Source: Candidatus Dojkabacteria bacterium (GTDB lineage: Bacteria; Patescibacteriota; Dojkabacteria; JAOAGR01). From it: a stretch of DNA of 64,000 bases. Within the stretch, counting starts at the first letter, position 1, and each line of letters begins with the position of its first letter. The notes below the pieces were generated by a model. The model saw only the letters and a program-made list of their open reading frames with translations. It was not told the DNA's origin and ran no database searches. Location of the stretch: assembly GCA_026415655.1 (NCBI GenBank), contig JAOAGR010000002.1:64094-128093 (forward strand), given 5' to 3'. Made by a program: the position numbers and the translations under genes. Of this stretch, positions 57,703-64,000 are shown piece after piece.

Positions 57703-59194
57703 ACTAACACAAAAATTAATTAATAGTCCAAGATTTTACCGTTTCTTGGAGATGCTTCCAGGTATACTATCTCTTGGTTTTATTTGTCTTCCTTTGGTAT
57801 TGGCCCTTTTCAATCCCATGTGGGCTGCTTATTTTATCCTTTTGTACATGGTTTATTGGACATATAACAGTATAAAGTTTGTTGTATATGCTTTTATAGC
57901 GCATAAAAAGGTTTTAACGGTAAAATCCATTGACTGGCTGGAAAAGTTAAAAAATGATTATCCAGGTGAATGGAACAAATTTTATTATGTAGCACTCATA
58001 CCTTTTGCTTCCGAATCGATAAATGTATTGCGACCTACAGTACAATCTATAGTTGATAATAACTGGCCAAAAGAACGTAAAATATTATGTTTATCTTCAG
58101 AAAAAGCCATTCCAAAAGGAAAACAGGTTGCCGAAGAGCTTAGAGATATTTATAAAGATGAATTTGCATATATCTTTATTACAGAGCACGAACTAAAAGA
58201 AGGAGAGCTGAAGGGAAAATCAGCCAATCAAAACCATGCCGCTAGATTTTTGTATGATGAACTAACGAAATTAAGTTTTGAGCCAAAATATGTTTTATTA
58301 ACAAGCAATGATGCAGATGTACGAAATGACAAAGAGTATATTCCTTATTTAATATATAAGTTTTTATCTGAAGGCGATGATCGTTATTTTCGCATTTTCC
58401 AGCCTATACCAACAGATTATTCTGATTTCTGGGATGCCAAATTTTTTTCGCGTTTGATTGTTTCTATAGGTGCAAATTGGAGACTAGCTCTGCAACAGAG
58501 AGATAACTATCGTTGTACGGTTTATTCATTTTATTCGATGAGTTTATATACATTAAAAGAAATTGGATTTTGGGATGTGGATCTTATTCCGGAGGACGAG
58601 CGTACAATGTTTAAAGCTTTATTTCGATTTGGAGAAAAATTTAAAGTTGTGCCTTTATTTATTAATACGTATGGTAATCCTGTTCAATCGGATTCATTCT
58701 GGAAGGCAGCAAAAGAACAGTACATACAGGTCCGCCGTTGGGCTTGGGGCGCATCGGAGTTCGCCTATTCTTTTACTCATGCATTAAAAAATACACATGT
58801 CTCGTGGAGAGTAAAACTCTTACCCATATTCAATCAATTACGAACAGTAGTAGAATGGTCTTCATCATCTATATTACCTTTGTTAGGAGGATACATACCA
58901 GGACTTTTCAGTGAGGAATTTAGACTTACTACACTGAATTATTATCTGGGTTCAACTATTGTTTTACTCATACAGTTAGCTTCATTATTGGTTTTGATGA
59001 TTGTTTATATAGAGTATCAGTTAATACCGAAAAACGATAAAACCAAAGGTATGACTAGGTTGTTAAAGTATGTCCATTGGATACTTATGCCTTATGTTGG
59101 TTTGATTTTTAGCTCGATACCCGCTTTAGATGCGCAAATAAGACTTCTTTTGAACAGACGTATTGTTTATGTCGAAAGCAAAAAAGAAAAGTAA
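57683..59194 (+). CDS. Membrane-bound family 2 glycosyltransferase
   Basis: GKSAN, DAD, IPED and QVRRW motifs; flanking TM helices. Confidence 0.88.
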   Translation: MHKRINKLTQKLINSPRFYRFLEMLPGILSLGFICLPLVLALFNPMWAAYFILLYMVYWTYNSIKFVVYAFIAHKKVLTVKSIDWLEKLKNDYPGEWNKFYYVALIPFASESINVLRPTVQSIVDNNWPKERKILCLSSEKAIPKGKQVAEELRDIYKDEFAYIFITEHELKEGELKGKSANQNHAARFLYDELTKLSFEPKYVLLTSNDADVRNDKEYIPYLIYKFLSEGDDRYFRIFQPIPTDYSDFWDAKFFSRLIVSIGANWRLALQQRDNYRCTVYSFYSMSLYTLKEIGFWDVDLIPEDERTMFKALFRFGEKFKVVPLFINTYGNPVQSDSFWKAAKEQYIQVRRWAWGASEFAYSFTHALKNTHVSWRVKLLPIFNQLRTVVEWSSSSILPLLGGYIPGLFSEEFRLTTLNYYLGSTIVLLIQLASLLVLMIVYIEYQLIPKNDKTKGMTRLLKYVHWILMPYVGLIFSSIPALDAQIRLLLNRRIVYVESKKEK

Positions 59195-60332
59195 TTTTCA
59201 TTCTCAAAAAATTTTGGTAACAGGGGGACACTTAACACCTGCACAAGCCTGTATAGAAGAATTAATTGCAAAAAATTATAAAAATATCGTCTATGTTGGA
59301 CAAAAACGTACGATTTTATTTGATAAAAATTTGTCTGCAGAATATAAAGTGATTACTTCATTGAATTTAAAGTTTATAAGCATCATTGCAGGTAAATACT
59401 CTAGGTTTTTAAATTTTCATGCTTTAATTTGGCTTTTTAGAATCCCCATAGGCTTTATTCATGCACTCTTGATTCTTTTATCAGAAAGGCCTAAATTAGT
59501 TTTGAGTTTTGGGAGTCATGTTGCATTGCCTATTGTATTCTGGGCAAGAATGTTATCGATACCAGTTGTTACACACGAACAAACGGTTACTATTGGTTTG
59601 TCAAATAAAATAATCCAATTTTTTGCTGATAAAGTATGTTATTCATGGGAAAACAATGAATATAATGTCGATAATGATAAATATATATTAACAGGTAATC
59701 CTGTACGTAAAGCAATCAGAGAAAGTTACAATTCGATTAGTAGTATGACTAAAAACAATGACGGTAATATTACTATACTTGTTACTGGAGGAAATCAAGG
59801 GGCTCATGTTATAAATCAATATATTTGCGATAATATTCACACCCTCATTAAAAAATATAGAATAATTCATTTAACAGGTTCAAATACCATTTTTAATGAT
59901 TATTCAAAAGCTAAACAAATAGAAAACATTATTAATAACAAATTTGATCAGCCAAGATATTTTGTTTATGACTACGTTTCTGTAAATGATATGATTAATT
60001 TTTATAAAAAAGCCGATATATTAATAACTAGAGCAGGGGCAAATACCGTAGCTGAAATAATAATTTTAAGAAAAAAAGCACTGGTTATACCCATAAAGAC
60101 AACATCAGGAAATGAACAATTTTTAAATGCAAAATTACTAGAAAAACTGGGATTAGGTCACACTATTAATCAAGATGATTTATATAGAGTTAATTTGGAT
60201 AAATTAATAGTTGATCTTTTAAAAACCAGTATTGAGGAAAAAGAAATAGAGAGTATATCAAAATTACATTTAAATGCTCACAAAAACATAGTCAAACTTG
60301 TATTAGACATATTAGAAGAAAAAACACTATAA
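59169..60332 (+). CDS. murG: MurG-type GlcNAc transferase
   Basis: TGGHLTPA, HEQT, TGNPVR, VTGGNQGA, RAGANT and EQ..NA motifs. Confidence 0.92.
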   Translation: MSKAKKKSNFHSQKILVTGGHLTPAQACIEELIAKNYKNIVYVGQKRTILFDKNLSAEYKVITSLNLKFISIIAGKYSRFLNFHALIWLFRIPIGFIHALLILLSERPKLVLSFGSHVALPIVFWARMLSIPVVTHEQTVTIGLSNKIIQFFADKVCYSWENNEYNVDNDKYILTGNPVRKAIRESYNSISSMTKNNDGNITILVTGGNQGAHVINQYICDNIHTLIKKYRIIHLTGSNTIFNDYSKAKQIENIINNKFDQPRYFVYDYVSVNDMINFYKKADILITRAGANTVAEIIILRKKALVIPIKTTSGNEQFLNAKLLEKLGLGHTINQDDLYRVNLDKLIVDLLKTSIEEKEIESISKLHLNAHKNIVKLVLDILEEKTL

Positions 60333-60345
60333 GAACAGATATATA

Positions 60346-60576
60346 TTACATAGGCAATATTGTTTGATTATCATCTAAGTTTTGAGATCCGCATCTTGGG
60401 CATTTTGTATGTTTTGTACTTCCTTCATACACATAGCCGCAATCCTTACATATGATATGGTATATCACGATATTAGTCGTTTGATTTAAGTTGTTTGGTG
60501 TTCTTGAAGTATCTATTACGCCCGCCAATATATCGGGGTCTAATTGATAATCTTGACTGCTGCTTTGGTTTGGCAT
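60346..60576 (-). CDS. Small zinc-ribbon protein
   Basis: CKDC...CPRCGS. Confidence 0.7.
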   Translation of the reverse strand: MPNQSSSQDYQLDPDILAGVIDTSRTPNNLNQTTNIVIYHIICKDCGYVYEGSTKHTKCPRCGSQNLDDNQTILPM

Positions 60577-60631
60577 CTTATATTTTTATTGATATATTTT
60601 ATTAAAACTGATAATATTATCAAGTTTAATT

Positions 60632-60925
60632 ATGGCATCTACAAAAAATCAAAAAAGTGATATTTTAAGTATGACTGACGAAGAGATAATTTCTACATTT
60701 GCTGTGTCAGAAAAAGATACAGGTTCTCCTGAAGTTCAGGTAGCTTTATTTACTAAAAGAATACAAAATTTGATTGAGCACTTGAAAAAAAATAAAAAGG
60801 ATCTTCATTCAAGGCGAGGGCTTCTGCAGATGATTGGAAAAAGAAGAAGAATGCTTGAGTATCTTAAAAGAAAAGATGAGGCAAGGTACAAGAAAATAAT
60901 TGATGCTGTTGGACTAAAAAGATAG
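60632..60925 (+). CDS. rpsO: 30S ribosomal protein S15
   Basis: [10 protein letters not shown] and [11 protein letters not shown] motifs. Confidence 0.98.
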   Translation: MASTKNQKSDILSMTDEEIISTFAVSEKDTGSPEVQVALFTKRIQNLIEHLKKNKKDLHSRRGLLQMIGKRRRMLEYLKRKDEARYKKIIDAVGLKR

Positions 60926-60927
60926 CT

Positions 60928-63039
60928 ATGCAAAAAAATAAATTTTCTTTCGATTTTTACGATAAAGAATATGTTATAGAATTTGGACATATTGGTTTTA
61001 ATTCGGATGTATGTTTCTTATTGACCTGTAGAGGGACTTCGGTGCTTTTAAATCTGGTAATTGGAAAAGAAGACACTGCTTTAGATTTCTTTCCTTTAAC
61101 AGTCGAGTATATTGAGAAGCTTTATGCATCTGGACAAATAGCATCTTCACCTTATATCAAAAATGAAGGTAAGCCCAATGATCATGAAATATTACATGCG
61201 CGTTTAATAGATCATGCCATACGTTCTTTATTTCCATCTGATCTTAGAAGAGAGGTACAAATCGTGTGTCAAGTTGTTTCTTATGATGGAGTTGTAGATC
61301 CTGTTTTGGTATCAATAGTTGGCGTTAGTTTTGCAATCACATACTCCGGCTTACCTTTTTTAGGACCCTACGGAACAACAAAGATTGGTTATAAAAACGG
61401 TGACTTCTTGATTAATGCGGATCTAAGTGAATTTGTTGATTCCGAAATGGAAATGTTTGTGTCTAGTGTAGAGAAGGGAATAGTCTCTATCGAGGCAGAT
61501 ATACATAATTTGTCCGATGAAATAGTAAAAGAAGCCATTAAAATAGCGCATGAAAGGAATTTTTATTTAATTGAGAAACAAAAAGAATTTGTAAATTTAT
61601 TTTCACCCAAAACTTTAGATATAGTAAAAGAGAAAGATGAGAGTCTTTTGCAACCATATTATGATGAAATTTATACAACTTTTAAAAATGATATAGAAGC
61701 TGCAATTTATGTAACAGACAAAAAAAATAGAGAGAATAATATCAGGGAACTGTATGAAAAGATAAAAAGTCATTTTACTGAAAACTTTAATGACCAACAA
61801 ATTGATGAGAATGTTATAAAGCAGGCTTTCGAAAAAGCTCAAAAAAAGATTGTCAGATCAAATATAATTGATTATGAAAAAAGACCTGATGGAAGAAAAT
61901 TGGACGAAATAAGATCAATATCGATCCAAGTGGGTGTTCTTCCTTCGGTCCATGGTTCATCGTTATTTACTAGGGGTGAGACTCAATCTCTGACTGTTGT
62001 GACTCTTGGTACGGATCAGGATGCGTTAATCTATCAAAATTTGGAAGGTGATCTCGCTAAAAGATATTTTCATCACTATAACATGCCAGGTTATGCTAAT
62101 GGAGAGATCGATAGAAAGATAGGATTTCAAAATAGGCGTGCAATAGGTCATGGTGCTATCGGTGAAAAATCGTTAAAAAACGTGTTACCAAAATACGAAG
62201 AGTTTCCTTATACCATCAGGGTAGTTTCAGAAATAGTATCATCAAATGGTTCTACTTCTATGGCAGCTACGTGTGGATCCACACTTGCTTTAATGGATGC
62301 AGGTGTTCCTATCAGGGATGTTATTGGTGGTATTGGTGTTGGTCTTGTTTATGAAAGTGAAGAAAAATATAAAATCTTAACTGATATTATAAATATTGAG
62401 GATTTTTATGGTGATATGGATTTTAAGATAACAGGTTCAGAACGTGGTATTACGGCCATTCAGTTAGACAACAAGCTATCAGGTATCCCCATAGACATTA
62501 TATTAGAAGCGATTGATGCTTCTGCTAGAGGTAGAAAATTTGTTATTGAACAGATGAAAAAATACATAAGCTCACCACGTTCTAAGGTTGCGGATAATGC
62601 ACCTAAAGTAAAGATTATAAAAATAAACCCAGAAAAAATCGCTGAGTTGATTGGTCCTGGAGGAAAAAATATAAAAGATATCATTGAAAAAACAAATACA
62701 GAAATAAAAATAAATCCTGATGGAACTGTAATTATTTATGGTAGGGAAGAGAACGGATTGAATAATGCAGTACAACAGATTAATAATATAGGATTTATTC
62801 TTGATGAAAATACAGAGTATCAAGCTGAGGTGATAAGAGTTGAAGAGTATGGTGCAATTGTACAAATTTTAAATACCAACACATTTGGTCTTATACATAT
62901 ATCTACGTTTAATAATTCATCAGACCACAAATTTGTCAAAATTGATCTAAATAAAGTATTTAAAGTTGGTGATCTAGTTAAGGTAAAATACATAGGTAAT
63001 GATGTTAAGGGAAGACCCAAATTTAGACTTGCACAATAA
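60928..63039 (+). CDS. pnp: Polyribonucleotide nucleotidyltransferase
   Basis: FFPLTVEY, RPDGR, FTRGETQ, SNGSTSMA and GDMDFK motifs; KH and S1 domains. Confidence 0.97.
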   Translation: MQKNKFSFDFYDKEYVIEFGHIGFNSDVCFLLTCRGTSVLLNLVIGKEDTALDFFPLTVEYIEKLYASGQIASSPYIKNEGKPNDHEILHARLIDHAIRSLFPSDLRREVQIVCQVVSYDGVVDPVLVSIVGVSFAITYSGLPFLGPYGTTKIGYKNGDFLINADLSEFVDSEMEMFVSSVEKGIVSIEADIHNLSDEIVKEAIKIAHERNFYLIEKQKEFVNLFSPKTLDIVKEKDESLLQPYYDEIYTTFKNDIEAAIYVTDKKNRENNIRELYEKIKSHFTENFNDQQIDENVIKQAFEKAQKKIVRSNIIDYEKRPDGRKLDEIRSISIQVGVLPSVHGSSLFTRGETQSLTVVTLGTDQDALIYQNLEGDLAKRYFHHYNMPGYANGEIDRKIGFQNRRAIGHGAIGEKSLKNVLPKYEEFPYTIRVVSEIVSSNGSTSMAATCGSTLALMDAGVPIRDVIGGIGVGLVYESEEKYKILTDIINIEDFYGDMDFKITGSERGITAIQLDNKLSGIPIDIILEAIDASARGRKFVIEQMKKYISSPRSKVADNAPKVKIIKINPEKIAELIGPGGKNIKDIIEKTNTEIKINPDGTVIIYGREENGLNNAVQQINNIGFILDENTEYQAEVIRVEEYGAIVQILNTNTFGLIHISTFNNSSDHKFVKIDLNKVFKVGDLVKVKYIGNDVKGRPKFRLAQ

Positions 63040-63041
63040 TT

Positions 63042-63482
63042 ATGATAAAATTATTACATATGAGACTAAGCTCGGGGTTGAACAGATTTTTACTTTTTTT
63101 ATTAATTAATTTCTTATCATTTTTAATAATTATTCCTGATGTATTGGCACAAAGTAATAATACAACCAGTCAATGCCCGGCTAACGCTATTTACAATCCT
63201 TTAGATCCTAATTGTGATAGAAACCTTAATCTAGGTATAATATTTAATGTAATACTTAATGTAGTTCCATTCATAGTAGTACTTATAGCAGTCGGATTTT
63301 TTGCTTGGGGGGCAATAAAAATTATTATTGCTGGTGAAGACAGCAACGCAAGAGAAAAAGGTATAGAAACCATGAGAAATGCGATAATAGGGTTGGTAGC
63401 GTTCTTTCTCATTGGGATGATTCTTTGGATTGTATCATTAGTGACCGGTTCTGATATAGCATCGTTTATTTTGGGTAATTAA
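63042..63482 (+). CDS. VirB2/TrbC-like pilin (CPR type)
   Basis: Signal peptide (VLA|Q), Cys pair, TM-AGED..REKG..MRNAIIGL-TM. Confidence 0.75.
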   Translation: MIKLLHMRLSSGLNRFLLFLLINFLSFLIIIPDVLAQSNNTTSQCPANAIYNPLDPNCDRNLNLGIIFNVILNVVPFIVVLIAVGFFAWGAIKIIIAGEDSNAREKGIETMRNAIIGLVAFFLIGMILWIVSLVTGSDIASFILGN

Positions 63483-63485
63483 ATT

Positions 63486-64000
63486 ATGTGGATGTCAAAA
63501 AATAAAATAAAAATAATTAATTTTATTTTATTTATACTGATTTTTATATTATTCTTTGTTTATAGTTCTAATATCTTTCCTGTTTTTGCCAATACGACAC
63601 CTACTAATACATGTGATATTAACTGTCTAAGGCAGAAGCTTGGTCTTGTCGATCAACAAGGCAATAATACTGTACAAGATACATTTGGACTTCTTGAGCC
63701 AAGAGATCCAAATGATTTTATTATACTAGTTTTTCAGATACTTATTTATGCTGCTTTGATAATAGCTGTTGGTAGCATAGTTTTTGCGGGGTATAAGATT
63801 GCGGGGGCAGGTGATAATGCTGAAGAAAGAAAAAAAGGTTTTGATAGATTAATTTGGTCTATCGTCGGATTTGTTTTGGCAATTTTAGCACTTACAATTA
63901 TAAATCTGATTTCATCTTTTTTTGGCTACCAATTTGATGGTAATATTACTGAGCAACTTTGTAAGAATTTACAAAATTATCCAAATCCCGATCAGAAACT
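63486..64000 (+). CDS. Second VirB2/TrbC-like pilin (partial, runs off the right edge)
   Basis: Manual translation: signal ending VFA, C..C, AGYKIAGAGDNAEERKKGFDRLIWSIVG; no stop before the edge. Confidence 0.75.
   Translation, partial: MWMSKNKIKIINFILFILIFILFFVYSSNIFPVFANTTPTNTCDINCLRQKLGLVDQQGNNTVQDTFGLLEPRDPNDFIILVFQILIYAALIIAVGSIVFAGYKIAGAGDNAEERKKGFDRLIWSIVGFVLAILALTIINLISSFFGYQFDGNITEQLCKNLQNYPNPDQK

Noticed and set aside
1-64000. Many short ORF-track entries antisense to or nested in long genes (e.g. 2756, 29823, 49750, 52988)
   Set aside because: Shadow ORFs of well-supported genes with no recognisable motifs
1-64000. Alternative genetic code (TGA=Gly as in Gracilibacteria/Absconditabacteria) or TAA recoding
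   Set aside because: Conserved genes are full-length under code 11 and end at TGA, TAA or TAG at the expected positions
1-64000. CRISPR array, IS element or prophage
   Set aside because: No regularly spaced repeats and no transposase, cas or phage structural motifs seen

Overview
A very AT-rich, gene-dense chromosomal segment in standard genetic code 11. Gene content suggests a Patescibacteria/CPR bacterium, possibly Dojkabacteria-like; this is inferred from the short HrcA, MurT/GatD, phosphoketolase, tandem VirB2/TrbC-like pilins and near-absent Shine-Dalgarno motifs. Housekeeping genes include trxB, pth, rplS, murT/gatD, ppa, trmD, gatC, gatB, an LCP protein, hrcA, mutS, metG, xfp, two Clp ATPases, rpsT, rnhB, sufS, yidC, jag, murG, rpsO and pnp. 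There are three tRNAs (Arg-TCG, Arg-GCG, Asp-GTC) and two small orphan-gene islets. No CRISPR array, IS or prophage is visible. Main observations: (1) a cohort of intact ORFs that have lost catalytic residues, namely two enolase-like, one PEP-synthase-like, one ALDH-like, a TldD/PmbA-like pair and a Xer-like recombinase with Tyr->Phe, several mapping to the lower-glycolysis/PEP node; (2) a divergent pair of RimK-type ATP-grasp ligases near a DUF1704/MATCAP-like HExxxH carboxypeptidase, a candidate peptide-tag writer/eraser system; (3) a variant CIRCE operator at hrcA and both Clp genes; (4) apparently pervasive leaderless transcription; (5) a glycosyltransferase broken by two in-frame TAA codons and a frameshifted lipoprotein paralog. 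All family assignments come from motif recognition by eye; no database search was run.
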